Assembly: GCA_018646625.1 (NCBI GenBank)
Contig: JABGUJ010000004.1
Location: forward strand, 1-64,000
Direction: 5' to 3'
Origin: Candidatus Woesearchaeota archaeon
GTDB lineage: Archaea > Nanobdellota > Nanobdellia > Woesearchaeales > JABGUJ01
Length of the DNA stretch: 64,000 nucleotides
Positions 27,229 to 37,979 of this stretch are shown here, piece by piece. The notes below the pieces were generated by a model. It did no database searches. It was not told where the DNA came from and saw nothing but the letters and a program-made list of their open reading frames with translations. How positions within the stretch are numbered: position 1 is the stretch's first letter; each line of letters starts with the position of its first letter. A program made the position numbers and the translations under genes.

Positions 27229-29211
27229 ATGAAAAAAGAAATTACTATCGAATCGAAAAAAATTGGAGAGATGAATTCTTGTTTTATAATAGCGGAAGCG
27301 GGTGTTAATCACAACGGAAGTTTTGCAACTGCAAAGAAATTAGTTGATGCGGCCGCAGACGCGGGAGCAGATGCCGTAAAATTTCAAACATATACTACTG
27401 AGAAACTAGTTACAAAGAATGTTGAAATGGCGGATTATCAAAAAGAGAATTTGAAAACAGATGGTAAACAAGTAGAGATGCTCAAAAATTTGGAATTGAG
27501 TTTAGATGATTTCAAGAGACTTAAACAATACTGTGATGGAAAGAATATTATCTTTCTATCCACACCCCATACAGAAGATGTGGTTGACTTTCTGGATACA
27601 ATTATGCCTGCTTACAAAATTAGCTCCGGAGACTTAACAAATCTGCCCTATTTAGAGAAACTCGCGAAGAAGAATAAGCCAATACTGCTAAGTACGGGTG
27701 CATCAACGCTTGATGAGGTGGAAGAAGCTGTTGATTTAATTAGTAAATCAAATTCCAACCTTATTTTATTACATTGCACTGTTAGCTATCCTTGTAAACG
27801 AGAAGATGTGAACTTGAGAGCAATGACGACTATGCATCAAAAGTTCGAGATTCCGACAGGTTATTCCGACCATACAGAAGGAATAAATATTCCTCTGATG
27901 GCCGTTAAATTAGGGGCTACAGTCATTGAAAAGCATTTTACTTTAGATAAAAACATGGACGGTCCAGATCATAAAATATCTTTAGATCCTTCTGAATTAA
28001 AAGAAATGGTTGAAAAAATAAGAAACAACGTTTTTCCAGAAGATGATGAGGTGGTTATGGGATCAAAAGATAAAAAGCCAACTGAATATGAAATTAACCT
28101 TAGAAAAATTGTTAGAAAAAGTATAGTAGCAAAACAAAATATTCGCAGCGGGGTCAGACTCACTGAAGATATGTTCGAGATAAAAAGACCTGGAACCGGA
28201 TTGGCTCCAAAAGAATTAAAGAACATATTAGGGCGAGAAGCACTAACAACTATTTCTGAAGGGGAATTAATAAGTAAATCTCAATTAAAGAAAAGAGTTT
28301 TGATCACCGGGGGCGCAGGGTTTATAGGGAGTTTCTTGATGAAAGAATTGGGAGTGAAGTATGATTTCATTTCATTAAGTTTGGATAATGGAAATGTAAA
28401 AACTGAGTTGAATGCTGAGTTTATTGATGGGAGTATACTTAACGAAGACATATTAAGAAAAGCCACGGAGAATATAGATGTAATACTTCACTTAGCGGGT
28501 GGTGGCGGCGAGGCCAGTTGTTTGAAAGATCCTGGGATGTCTGTTAAAGTCAATCTGCTCGGAACACAACTACTTATAAAATATGCAAAACTCAACAAAG
28601 TATCCAGAATAATATTTCCTTCAAGCATATATGCGTATACTACCTGTAAAGAGAAAAACTTACCTCTTAAAGAGAAGGACAAACTAGAACCCGATACATT
28701 TTATGGTAGTATAAAGGCTTCTTGTGAGGAAATGCTGCTAAACTCGGAAGTTAATTATGTTATATTTAGACTCGCGAATATTTATGGTGTGGGAAATAAG
28801 AATCATACTCGAGTTGGGGGTGCGGTTGGAAATTTTGTTAATGCCGTTGTGGACAACTCAGATATTACGGTATTTAACAAAGGGACAAACATAATTGACT
28901 ATCTCAATATATCCGATTTGATAATTCCATTTGAAAAAGCCATTAACGGGGAGTTGGATAATAATGTTTACAATCTAGGGGGTGGTTCACCCATTTCCAT
29001 ACTAAATCTGGCCGAATTAATTATAGAACTTGCGAGAAATAATAATCTAGATTACAAAAAGAACATTATTATGAAAATGAATGAATTGCCTACGTTGGCA
29101 GACTTATGGTTGGATATATCAAAAGCTGAGCGAGATTTTGATTGGAGACCACAAGTAGATTTTGAACGGGGTTTAAAAGACATGCTGAATTTTAAGAGGG
29201 GATTACGATGA
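27229..29211 (+). CDS. neuB: Nonulosonic acid synthase (NeuB + SAF) fused to an NAD-dependent epimerase/dehydratase
   Basis: AEAGVNHNG, KFQT, GYSDHT, EKHFTLD, KRPGTG; then LITGGAGFIG and YGSIK (SDR). Confidence 0.9.
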   Translation: MKKEITIESKKIGEMNSCFIIAEAGVNHNGSFATAKKLVDAAADAGADAVKFQTYTTEKLVTKNVEMADYQKENLKTDGKQVEMLKNLELSLDDFKRLKQYCDGKNIIFLSTPHTEDVVDFLDTIMPAYKISSGDLTNLPYLEKLAKKNKPILLSTGASTLDEVEEAVDLISKSNSNLILLHCTVSYPCKREDVNLRAMTTMHQKFEIPTGYSDHTEGINIPLMAVKLGATVIEKHFTLDKNMDGPDHKISLDPSELKEMVEKIRNNVFPEDDEVVMGSKDKKPTEYEINLRKIVRKSIVAKQNIRSGVRLTEDMFEIKRPGTGLAPKELKNILGREALTTISEGELISKSQLKKRVLITGGAGFIGSFLMKELGVKYDFISLSLDNGNVKTELNAEFIDGSILNEDILRKATENIDVILHLAGGGGEASCLKDPGMSVKVNLLGTQLLIKYAKLNKVSRIIFPSSIYAYTTCKEKNLPLKEKDKLEPDTFYGSIKASCEEMLLNSEVNYVIFRLANIYGVGNKNHTRVGGAVGNFVNAVVDNSDITVFNKGTNIIDYLNISDLIIPFEKAINGELDNNVYNLGGGSPISILNLAELIIELARNNNLDYKKNIIMKMNELPTLADLWLDISKAERDFDWRPQVDFERGLKDMLNFKRGLR

Positions 29212-29897
29212 AAGTATGTATGCAACAACCTCAGTATATGCCCTACATTGGTTTTTTTCACAAATTAATGCTCAGCGATACTTGTGTCATTCTGGATGAT
29301 GTACAATATAGCAAAAATGACTTTTTTAATAGAAATAAAATAAAAACGGCTCAGGGGTGGTGCTGGCTGACAATACCTGTGGTTGCTAAGAATACTACTC
29401 TGATAAAAGATGTGAAAATAAACAACAGCATGAGCTGGAGAGAAAAACATTTTAAATCTATATTGTCAAACTATAAAAAAGCACCCTTCTTTGATGAACA
29501 CATAAATTTCTTTGAGAGTTTGTATAAAAAAGAATGGTCGGATTTGACTGACTTAAATATGGGAATAATTAATTACATTTGTGAACAGTTGGAGATTTCC
29601 ATTAAATTCATAAGATCTTCTAGCCTGGGTGTATTATCTACTAAGACCGAGAGATTGATAGATATATGTAAAAAACTCGATGCCGATACTTACATTTCAG
29701 GAACAGGCGCTAAGAATTATATGAAAGATGAACTTTTCAAAGAGAACAAAATTGAACTCTTTTATCAAGATTTTGAACATCCTATCTATGATCAAAGATT
29801 TGGAGATTTTGAACAGTTTATGTCGGCGATTGATTTGCTTTTCAACAAAGGCCATAAGAGTATTGAAATAATTAAAAATTCGGGGAGGGGATCCTAA
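29208..29897 (+). CDS. WbqC-like protein
   Basis: QPQYMPYIGFF, DDVQY, NRNKIK, YISG.G, S.IDLLFN. Confidence 0.9.
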   Translation: MKVCMQQPQYMPYIGFFHKLMLSDTCVILDDVQYSKNDFFNRNKIKTAQGWCWLTIPVVAKNTTLIKDVKINNSMSWREKHFKSILSNYKKAPFFDEHINFFESLYKKEWSDLTDLNMGIINYICEQLEISIKFIRSSSLGVLSTKTERLIDICKKLDADTYISGTGAKNYMKDELFKENKIELFYQDFEHPIYDQRFGDFEQFMSAIDLLFNKGHKSIEIIKNSGRGS

Positions 29898-30532
29898 TGA
29901 AAGTTTTAGTAATATGTGCGCATCCTGATGATGAAGTAATTGGATGCGGGGGAACAATTGCCAAGCACACCAAAGATGGAGATGAGGTATATGTGTGCAT
30001 AGTTAGTGAAGGGGTCTCTGGACAATATGATCATGAAGGGATGATAGAAGAACGAAGAAAACATGCCAATGAGGTGCAGAAGTTACTGAATATAAAGAAA
30101 TACTTTTTCTTTGATTTTCCTGATGTTAAACTAGACACAATACCTCAATTGGAGATTAACAAAACAATTGAGTCTGTAATTCAGCAAGTAAAGCCGGATA
30201 TTGTATATACTCATGATGGTAATGATTTGAATTCTGATCACCAAATTGTATCTAATTCAACTCTTGTTGCATGCAGACCTTTACGAGCCAAATTTATTAA
30301 AAAAATATTATTTTACGAGATTTTTGGATCCACCAAACAGTTTAATCCAAATTATTATGTAGATTTAACAGATGATTTTGATAAAAAACTAACTGCCTTA
30401 TCAAAATATGAAACAGAGGTAGATGCACAAACAAGATCCTTAGAGACGATACGAAAACTAGCGGCCTTCAGGGGTTGTGAGATCAACACATCTCTTGCAG
30501 AGGCATTTAGGATTTTCAGAGAGATAAAATGA
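29897..30532 (+). CDS. PIG-L/LmbE family N-deacetylase
   Basis: AHPDDE, H...D...DH, AEAF. Confidence 0.9.
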   Translation: MKVLVICAHPDDEVIGCGGTIAKHTKDGDEVYVCIVSEGVSGQYDHEGMIEERRKHANEVQKLLNIKKYFFFDFPDVKLDTIPQLEINKTIESVIQQVKPDIVYTHDGNDLNSDHQIVSNSTLVACRPLRAKFIKKILFYEIFGSTKQFNPNYYVDLTDDFDKKLTALSKYETEVDAQTRSLETIRKLAAFRGCEINTSLAEAFRIFREIK

Positions 30533-31674
30533 TGAGAAAAATTGTTGTAGTAACCGGTTCTAGAGCGGAGTATGGGTTATTAAAACCTGTCATGCTTAGA
30601 ATTAAAGAACACCACGACGCTGAACTAGTTGTGATAGCGACAGGTATGCATATGATGAGATCTAAGGGCAATACCATTGACGAAATTAAGAAGGATTTTT
30701 CAATTGGGGCTGAAGTTGATATGGGGATGGCAGACGACCAAGCACAAACTTTGATTAGATCACTCGGGATAGGAATAGAAAAGTTAGTTGAAGTGTTAGC
30801 AAGGATAAAGCCTGATATTGTATTAGTTCTGGGAGATAGAAATGAAGCTCTTGCAGCGGCTATAACTGCATCACAATTGATGATTCCTGTGGCTCACATT
30901 CACGGAGGGGACTTGACGAACAGTGGTACCATTGACGAATCAATAAGATATGCCATTACTGATTTCAGTCATATACATTTTGCGGCAACAGAAAAAAGTG
31001 CCGAAAGATTGAAAAAAGTAGGTGAGGAGCAATGGAGGATACATGTGACCGGATCTCCAGCTATAGACGCAATTAATTCTATTAATTATATGTCGCGGGA
31101 AGAGATCATGGATAAGTTTAATTTAGATGCAAACAAAAAATTCACCGTATTGATACATAACCCGGTTACAATAGATCCTGAGGGATCTTTTGAAGATTTA
31201 AAAGTTGAACTTGATACTTTGTCTAAGATGGATATTCAAGCTGTTATAATATATCCAAATGCGGATCGTGGTTCAGAAAGAATGATAAATTTGATTGATT
31301 CTTATGAGGACGTATCCACTTTTAAAATACACAAAAATATACCTCACAATGATTTTTTAAATCTACTTAAATATGCTGCATTTTTGATTGGAAACTCAAC
31401 ATCTGGCATAATCGAGGCTCCATCCTTAAATATTCCCGTCATAAATGTGGGGGAACGACAAACTGGAAGAGAATATTTTGGTTACGTGAAATTTATTAAA
31501 TCTGATTCCGCATGCATAAAAAAAGAAATCAATCAAATATTAGATGGGTCCTTCAGTTATCCTGAGACTAATAATCCTTATGGTGATGGATCGACTTCAG
31601 AAAAAATAGTACAAATACTAATGAACGAGAATCTTGATGGAGATATATTAAAGAAAAGGAAGTGTTTATTATGA
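30529..31674 (+). CDS. neuC: Hydrolysing UDP-HexNAc 2-epimerase (NeuC/LegG-like)
   Basis: TGSRAEYG, GDRNE, HIHGG, PNAD, GIIEAP, G.RQ.GR. Confidence 0.92.
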   Translation: MMRKIVVVTGSRAEYGLLKPVMLRIKEHHDAELVVIATGMHMMRSKGNTIDEIKKDFSIGAEVDMGMADDQAQTLIRSLGIGIEKLVEVLARIKPDIVLVLGDRNEALAAAITASQLMIPVAHIHGGDLTNSGTIDESIRYAITDFSHIHFAATEKSAERLKKVGEEQWRIHVTGSPAIDAINSINYMSREEIMDKFNLDANKKFTVLIHNPVTIDPEGSFEDLKVELDTLSKMDIQAVIIYPNADRGSERMINLIDSYEDVSTFKIHKNIPHNDFLNLLKYAAFLIGNSTSGIIEAPSLNIPVINVGERQTGREYFGYVKFIKSDSACIKKEINQILDGSFSYPETNNPYGDGSTSEKIVQILMNENLDGDILKKRKCLL

Positions 31675-32309
31675 CGCGTATTATGGTGATCGGGGCCGGG
31701 GGGCAAGCAAAAGTAACATTGGATTACTTAGAATCTAGCAAAAGCCAAGTTATTGGTTTGTTAGATGATGATGTTTCTCTGAAAGGACAAAAAGTAAATG
31801 GAATAAGCGTGTTGGGTGCAATAAGAGACATAGTGAAATTTAAGACTGAATTTGATGAATGTATGGTATCTTTCGGCGATAATAAATTAAGATGTGAAAC
31901 TGTAAGTCTTGTTAAAGAACTGCTGCCAGAAATTAAATTTGCATCGATAATTCATCCAACAGCATTTGTTTCAAAAAGGGCGTCAATAGGGGACGGATCT
32001 ATAATTGGCATAGGTGCCATGGTTTGTACAAATACAAAAATTGGGGAGCATAATATAATTAATGACGGTGCCATTATTGAGCATGACTGCGTTCTAGATG
32101 ATTTTGTTAATGTTGCACCCGGAGCTAAACTAGCCAGCACCATTAATATTGGGGAAAAAACATTTATAGGACTTGGAGCTTGCATAATCGAAGATTTGAA
32201 AATTGGTAAAAATAGCATTATAGGAGCAGGTGCGGTAGTATTGAAAAATATTCCTGATGGTGTACTCGCGGTTGGGATACCTGCAGAGGTAAAGAAGAAA
32301 AATGGTTGA
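31671..32309 (+). CDS. NeuD/PglD-family sugar acetyltransferase
   Basis: GAGGQA, IHPTA, EHD hexapeptide repeats, G.PA. Confidence 0.9.
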   Translation: MTRIMVIGAGGQAKVTLDYLESSKSQVIGLLDDDVSLKGQKVNGISVLGAIRDIVKFKTEFDECMVSFGDNKLRCETVSLVKELLPEIKFASIIHPTAFVSKRASIGDGSIIGIGAMVCTNTKIGEHNIINDGAIIEHDCVLDDFVNVAPGAKLASTINIGEKTFIGLGACIIEDLKIGKNSIIGAGAVVLKNIPDGVLAVGIPAEVKKKNG

Positions 32310-33435
32310 ATCATCTAAGACAGAAAAAGACAAATTTATACCCATTGCAAGACCTGATTTGCCTGATATGGGGGATATTAAAGAAGATATTGAGACAATA
32401 CTTAAGTCAGGGATGATAACGAATTACGAATTTGTAAGACGATTTGAGAAGAAAATAGCTGAATTTCTTAATGTAAAATATGCTGCTTGTGTTTCGAGTG
32501 GCACTAGTGCGCTAATGTTAGCAGCAAAAGCCCTTGACTTAAAGGGTGAAGTTATCGTACCTAGCTTTACATTCTCAGCAACAGCACATGCATTAGTGTG
32601 GTGCGGACTTAAACCAATTTTTGTTGATGCCGAAAGAGATACATTTAATATAGATATAGAAAAGGTAAAAGAAGCAATCACTCCGAGAACTTCTGCAATT
32701 GTTCCTGTACATGTTTTTGGAAATCCTTGTAAGATTGATGAACTTGAAAAGCTTTCAAAAGAAAATAATTTAAAACTTTTATTTGACTCCGCTCACGCGT
32801 TTGGCACGTCATTCAATGGAAAGAAAGTAGGTGGTTTTGGAGATGCGGAGATTTTCAGTTTAACTCCCACTAAAGTTTTAACTGCTGCAGAAGGTGGTGT
32901 TGTAACTACAAATAATAGGGAGACCTATGAACAAGTAGTGCTGGATAGAGAGTATGGAAAACAACCTAATTATGATTGTAAGACGATAGGAATCAGCGCC
33001 AGAATGGGCGAATTTAATGCAATTCTAGGAATACATAATCTTGCTAAGCTTGACGAGAATATAAAAAGAAGAAAGAAGTTATATGATTTTTATAAATCAG
33101 AATTAGAAGATGTTAAAGGGATTAGTTTTCAGAAAATAAACTCCTCGGCTCATTGTTCGATAAAAGATTTCGCGATAATCATTGATAAGAATCTTTTCGG
33201 CATTGATAGAGACGAGCTTGCTGAAGCTCTTACTGAAGAAAAAATAGGTTGGAGAAAATATTTTTATCCTCCTCTTCATAGGGAGACGGCATATGGAAAT
33301 ATGAACAACAGGGGAGACGCCCTACCAAATACTAACTTCATTTCTGATAATATTTTGAATCTTCCTTTTTTTACTGCTCTTAAAACAAATGATATAGTTA
33401 GGATCTGCAATGTGATCAAAAAATTACAACACTAG
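32302..33435 (+). CDS. DegT/DnrJ/EryC1/StrS sugar aminotransferase
   Basis: SSGTSAL, PSFTF.AT, DSAHAFG, S..PTK....EGG. Confidence 0.92.
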   Translation: MVESSKTEKDKFIPIARPDLPDMGDIKEDIETILKSGMITNYEFVRRFEKKIAEFLNVKYAACVSSGTSALMLAAKALDLKGEVIVPSFTFSATAHALVWCGLKPIFVDAERDTFNIDIEKVKEAITPRTSAIVPVHVFGNPCKIDELEKLSKENNLKLLFDSAHAFGTSFNGKKVGGFGDAEIFSLTPTKVLTAAEGGVVTTNNRETYEQVVLDREYGKQPNYDCKTIGISARMGEFNAILGIHNLAKLDENIKRRKKLYDFYKSELEDVKGISFQKINSSAHCSIKDFAIIIDKNLFGIDRDELAEALTEEKIGWRKYFYPPLHRETAYGNMNNRGDALPNTNFISDNILNLPFFTALKTNDIVRICNVIKKLQH

Positions 33436-33445
33436 GTGATAACAG

Positions 33446-34468
33446 ATGCAAAAAGAAAAAAATGAATATTTTGATGAATCACACCTGGAAAGAAGTATGC
33501 TGAAGAATATGATACCCTTAGATATCCCGTTATGTGTTTACGTTGATTTGACAAACATATGCAACTTTACTTGTCCTTGGTGTCCCACCGGAAATGGTTT
33601 ACAGACGAAATATTGTGAAAACAACGGTATAATGAATTCAAGCATTTTTAGCAAAACAATCTCTGATATGAAGGAGTTTACAACGAAAAAAAAGAAAAAG
33701 ATTAAGGTTCTAGGATTGTTTATGATGGGTGAACCATTTTTGAACAAGAATTGTATTAACATGATAAAAATTGCTAAAGAAGCTTCTGTGGCTGAAACAC
33801 TTTTATTAACAACAAATGGGTCGTTGCTAAGCAAGGATTTGGCTCCAGAGATTTTAGATTCTGGTTTAGATACTATGGTTATTTCTATGTATGGGGAGTC
33901 CAACGAAGACTATAGAAAAGTAAGCGAATCCTGTTCATTTGATAAAGTTCTAGAAAATGCTAAGATGTTATTAGATCTTCGTGAACAAAGAGGGATGGAC
34001 ACTCCAAAGATTTGTTTGAAATTTTTTAAAAATAGTGAAAAAATAGAGGGACTAAGAGATAGATTAATGAATTGTTGCGATAAGATAATATTTGAAGAAC
34101 CATTTAATTGGAATGAACATTATACTAAGAAGACTGGAAATTTTATTTCTCCTTCAAAAGAGTCACACATAAAATACTGCAGTCAACCATGGTACGTGAT
34201 GTCTATTGTGTGGGATGGATCGGTTCTGGTTTGCTGTTCTGATTACATGTGGAAAACAATTGTTGGAAACATTAAAAACGAATCACTCCTTAATATCTGG
34301 GAAGGGGAAGGATACCTTTCATTTCGTCGCAGAATAGTTGAGGGACGTCAAAATGAGAACTTAGCTTGCAAAGGATATACTTTTTGTTATATAACTGACC
34401 AAAGAAACAATATTGATGAAGTCATAATAAACAATCCAGAAAAGGCCTTAGGCTTAAAGAACACGTAA
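33446..34468 (+). CDS. Radical SAM/SPASM(twitch)-domain protein
   Basis: CNFTCPWC, GEPF, C..PW...DG.V..CC.D. Confidence 0.9.
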   Translation: MQKEKNEYFDESHLERSMLKNMIPLDIPLCVYVDLTNICNFTCPWCPTGNGLQTKYCENNGIMNSSIFSKTISDMKEFTTKKKKKIKVLGLFMMGEPFLNKNCINMIKIAKEASVAETLLLTTNGSLLSKDLAPEILDSGLDTMVISMYGESNEDYRKVSESCSFDKVLENAKMLLDLREQRGMDTPKICLKFFKNSEKIEGLRDRLMNCCDKIIFEEPFNWNEHYTKKTGNFISPSKESHIKYCSQPWYVMSIVWDGSVLVCCSDYMWKTIVGNIKNESLLNIWEGEGYLSFRRRIVEGRQNENLACKGYTFCYITDQRNNIDEVIINNPEKALGLKNT

Positions 34469-34494
34469 AGCCTACAAAACAAGGAGGATATAAA

Positions 34495-35226
34495 ATGAAA
34501 GAGGAAAATGAAGAAACAAGCAAAGAAATCGATACTCATCAAAAGAATTGGGATGAAGTTTATGCTAAACAGAACATGACTTTATGGGAGCCACAGCAAT
34601 CCATTGTGCAATTCACAGCCAGATTTGTAAAAAAAAGGATAGGCTATGATAAGTATGAAGTAAAAAGAAATGCAAATAAAATTTTAGATCTAGGGTGCGG
34701 GAACGGGGGCGCAGTTCACTTCTTTGCTAAGCAGGGATTCGAAGCCCACGGTATTGACATAAGTAAAGCAGCAATATTTGTTGCAGAGGATTATCTGAAA
34801 AAAGAAAGTCTCACAGCAAAATTTGAAATTTGCAGTTGCGATAATTTACCTTTTGAGAATAACACATTTGATGTAATTACTTGTTTTGGTGTATTGGATC
34901 ATGTTGATATGAATCTAGCTATTGGTACAATAAAAGAAGTAAAAAGGACATTGACCAACGGTGGATTATTTTTTATAACACTCTGCTCAACCAGGGCAAC
35001 ACCTTTTGGGCGGGGAGAGAAAACTGAGAGACATACGTATGTTCTTGAAGAAGGACACGAAAAGGGCGAGATACAACATTACTTTGATCTTGAAGAAATA
35101 CGTGAATTATTGGATGGCTTCAAAATAATAGATTTGAGGCATTCCACTGAGGAAGCATATGGTCAGAATAATGAGCCATTAGGTAAAAGTGCAAGGTGGT
35201 TTGTCACAGCAGAGGCAACTGAATGA
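34495..35226 (+). CDS. Class I SAM-dependent methyltransferase
   Basis: LDLGCGNG, GIDIS, LPFENNTFD. Confidence 0.9.
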   Translation: MKEENEETSKEIDTHQKNWDEVYAKQNMTLWEPQQSIVQFTARFVKKRIGYDKYEVKRNANKILDLGCGNGGAVHFFAKQGFEAHGIDISKAAIFVAEDYLKKESLTAKFEICSCDNLPFENNTFDVITCFGVLDHVDMNLAIGTIKEVKRTLTNGGLFFITLCSTRATPFGRGEKTERHTYVLEEGHEKGEIQHYFDLEEIRELLDGFKIIDLRHSTEEAYGQNNEPLGKSARWFVTAEATE

Positions 35227-35861
35227 TCCCGAAAGATAAGATAGTTATAATTGACTATGGTTTATGTAATTTGAACTCTGTTCTTAATGCGCTTAAGTTT
35301 CTCGGGGCCAACGCAATTATCTCGCAAAATCCCGAGGATATTGCTAGCGCTGACAAACTAATACTCCCTGGTGTTGGTGCTTTTGGAGAAGCTATGAAAA
35401 ATATTAATGATTTGGGATTGAAAAAAGTTATGGACGAAGAAGTTTTAGTGAAGAAAAAACCAATATTGGGTATTTGCTTGGGTTTTCAACTTTTTGCAAA
35501 GGAATCTGAGGAAAATGGACTGTTTGAAGGATTAGGATGGATTGACAGTACCGTAAAGAAACTTAACGTGGGTCCCGAGTTTAGAATACCTCACGTAGGG
35601 TGGAATAATATTAAAGTGACCAACGAATCTTGCTTATTTGAACAAATTCCAGATGATAATTTTTACTTTGTACATTCATATGGTTATATTGATACAACTA
35701 TGAAAATAAAAACTTCTGTGTGCAGCCATGGAGTAGATTTTGTGGCGTCATTTCAAAAAGAAAACATTATTGGTACTCAATTTCATCCAGAGAAAAGCCA
35801 CGCAAGCGGACTAAGAGTACTGAAAAATTTCATAGAATATCGTGGTGAAACGAAATGTTGA
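35223..35861 (+). CDS. hisH: HisH-like glutamine amidotransferase (WbuY-like, polysaccharide-associated)
   Basis: PGVGAF, GICLG, FYFVHSY, QFHPEKS. Confidence 0.9.
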   Translation: MIPKDKIVIIDYGLCNLNSVLNALKFLGANAIISQNPEDIASADKLILPGVGAFGEAMKNINDLGLKKVMDEEVLVKKKPILGICLGFQLFAKESEENGLFEGLGWIDSTVKKLNVGPEFRIPHVGWNNIKVTNESCLFEQIPDDNFYFVHSYGYIDTTMKIKTSVCSHGVDFVASFQKENIIGTQFHPEKSHASGLRVLKNFIEYRGETKC

Positions 35862-36700
35862 AGAAAAGATTAATACCTTGTATAGTAATTCGCGATAACA
35901 TTATTGTTCAAAGTATTGGTTTCAGTCGATATCTTCCTGTTGGGAAGGTTGAGGTTGCTGTTGAGTTTTTCATGAAATGGGACGTAGATGAGATTATTGT
36001 TTTGGACATCACTGCAACAAGAGACGGTAGAAAACCTAATATTGATCTTATAAATTTTTTCACAGAAAAATGCTTCCTGCCGCTTACCGTTGGAGGGGGA
36101 ATAAATTCCCTTGAAGACATTCGTAACACAATTAAAGCGGGAGCAGATAAGGTGGCAATAAACACTGCTGCAATAACAAACCCTGAAATAATCCAACAAG
36201 GCGCAAGAGTCTTTGGGAGTCAAGCGATAATAGTTTCTATGGATATTAAGAAGAATTCAGAGAATAAACATGAAATTTATATTGACTCTGGAAAAAAGCC
36301 GACAGGCCTTGATCCTGTAGATTTTGCAAAAAAAGCGGCATCGCTTGGTGCTGGAGAAATATTTGTCAACTCAATTGATAGAGATGGTATGAAAAACGGA
36401 TATGATCTAGATCTGCTAAGGATGATAAGTGCTGCGGTAAATATACCTGTAATTGCTTGTGGCGGGGTTGGGAAAATGCAACATTTTGCAGAAGGAATAA
36501 TAGATGGTCGTGTATCGGCAGTCTCTGCAGCAAACATATTTCAACATATTGAACAGAGCACAATCATTGCAAAAGCGTTTATGAAAAAGGCAGGCATTGA
36601 TGTAAGGCTCATATCAAAAGCTAACTATGATGATTTTGAGTTTGATGAGTTGGGGAGAGTCTTGAAATCTCCCAAAATTGAAGAAGCGAGGTGGTATTAA
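35855..36700 (+). CDS. hisF: HisF-like cyclase (WbuZ-like, polysaccharide-associated)
   Basis: RLIPC, VGGGI, GADKV, GAGEI..NSIDRDG, IACGG. Confidence 0.9.
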   Translation: MLKKRLIPCIVIRDNIIVQSIGFSRYLPVGKVEVAVEFFMKWDVDEIIVLDITATRDGRKPNIDLINFFTEKCFLPLTVGGGINSLEDIRNTIKAGADKVAINTAAITNPEIIQQGARVFGSQAIIVSMDIKKNSENKHEIYIDSGKKPTGLDPVDFAKKAASLGAGEIFVNSIDRDGMKNGYDLDLLRMISAAVNIPVIACGGVGKMQHFAEGIIDGRVSAVSAANIFQHIEQSTIIAKAFMKKAGIDVRLISKANYDDFEFDELGRVLKSPKIEEARWY

Positions 36701-37968
36701 TGAAATACTGTAAAAGATGTGTGTATCCTGAAACACACCCACACAACATGACTTTTGACACGGAAGGGGTTTGTAGCGGATGTAGAACACATGAAGAAAA
36801 AGATGTTATTGATTGGAACGAGCGGCTAGAAAGTTTAAAAAAACTTGCTGAGAGGTATAGAAATAAAGATGGCAGTAATTATGATTGTGTTGTACCTGTG
36901 GTAGGTGGAAAAGATAGTTATTTTATAATGCATATTGTAACGAAAATTTTGAAACTTAATCCTTTACTGGTAACATTCAACGAACAATACAATACAAAGA
37001 AAGGAATCCGTAATCTTGCTAATCTTCTTACTAAGTTTGATTGTGATCACATTCAATATACAATTGATCCTGGGTTTGCAAAAAGAATAGTTAAGGCTTC
37101 GATGAAAAAAAATGCAGATATGTATTGGCATTGTAATGCGGGTTCAAACGTCTTTCCTGTTCAAATGGCGGTAAAGTTTAATATTCCGCTCATTATCTGG
37201 GGAGCTCATCCTCTTGTTGAATCTGTTGGTATGTTTTCTCATCATGATTTCGTAGAAATGAGCCGAAAAACAAGAAAGGAACATTATGTCAGAGGACATG
37301 AGCAGCTTATAGATGATGAATATAATATTACAGAAAAAGATATGAAGATTTTTGAATACCCCTCAGATGAGGAGATTGAAAAAGTAGGTGTTAGAGGCAT
37401 ATACTTGAATAATTTTTTCAGATGGGATTCTCAGAAACAACACGAAGACATGATAAGATTATATGGTTATGAATCTGGTGAGCAAGAGCGCACCTTTAAT
37501 CCTTATGAAAATGTGCACTGTCTTTATTCTGATGGTGTTCATGATTACTTAAAATTCTTAAAATTCGGTTTTGGGCGAGCAACTGATCATGCATGTCGCG
37601 ACATAAGATTAAAAAGAATGACGCGTGAAAAGGCAATTGAATTAATCCAGAAGTATGATTACAAAAAGCCGGAAGATCTGAAAATATTTTTAGACTGGAT
37701 TGGGATGAGCGAAACGGAATTTTATGGTTGTGTAGATCCTTTCAGGGACCCAAAGGCTTGGGAAAAAGTCGAAGGTAAATGGAAACTCAAAGACCCAATT
37801 ATAGATCATGTCAAAGAGGAAGGTATTGATGATGTTAGACTTCAAAAGATCGAGGAACGAAAGTATATTCTAACAGTATCACCCGAGTCTGATGAGAAAG
37901 ATGATAAGCCATATCTTCTAGGACGTGGCTACCTAGATAAACGTAACTTTAGAGCTGTGACTGATTAG
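36700..37968 (+). CDS. N-acetyl sugar amidotransferase (WbuX/PseA-like), copy 1
   Basis: C..C...C..C zinc knuckle, GGKDS, KFGFGRA, R.EKA. Confidence 0.9.
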   Translation: MKYCKRCVYPETHPHNMTFDTEGVCSGCRTHEEKDVIDWNERLESLKKLAERYRNKDGSNYDCVVPVVGGKDSYFIMHIVTKILKLNPLLVTFNEQYNTKKGIRNLANLLTKFDCDHIQYTIDPGFAKRIVKASMKKNADMYWHCNAGSNVFPVQMAVKFNIPLIIWGAHPLVESVGMFSHHDFVEMSRKTRKEHYVRGHEQLIDDEYNITEKDMKIFEYPSDEEIEKVGVRGIYLNNFFRWDSQKQHEDMIRLYGYESGEQERTFNPYENVHCLYSDGVHDYLKFLKFGFGRATDHACRDIRLKRMTREKAIELIQKYDYKKPEDLKIFLDWIGMSETEFYGCVDPFRDPKAWEKVEGKWKLKDPIIDHVKEEGIDDVRLQKIEERKYILTVSPESDEKDDKPYLLGRGYLDKRNFRAVTD

Positions 37969-37979
37969 AGGTGCCTATA

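Noticed and set aside
35223..36700. Histidine biosynthesis operon
   Set aside because: No other his genes; coupling to N-acetyl sugar amidotransferases indicates glycan amidation
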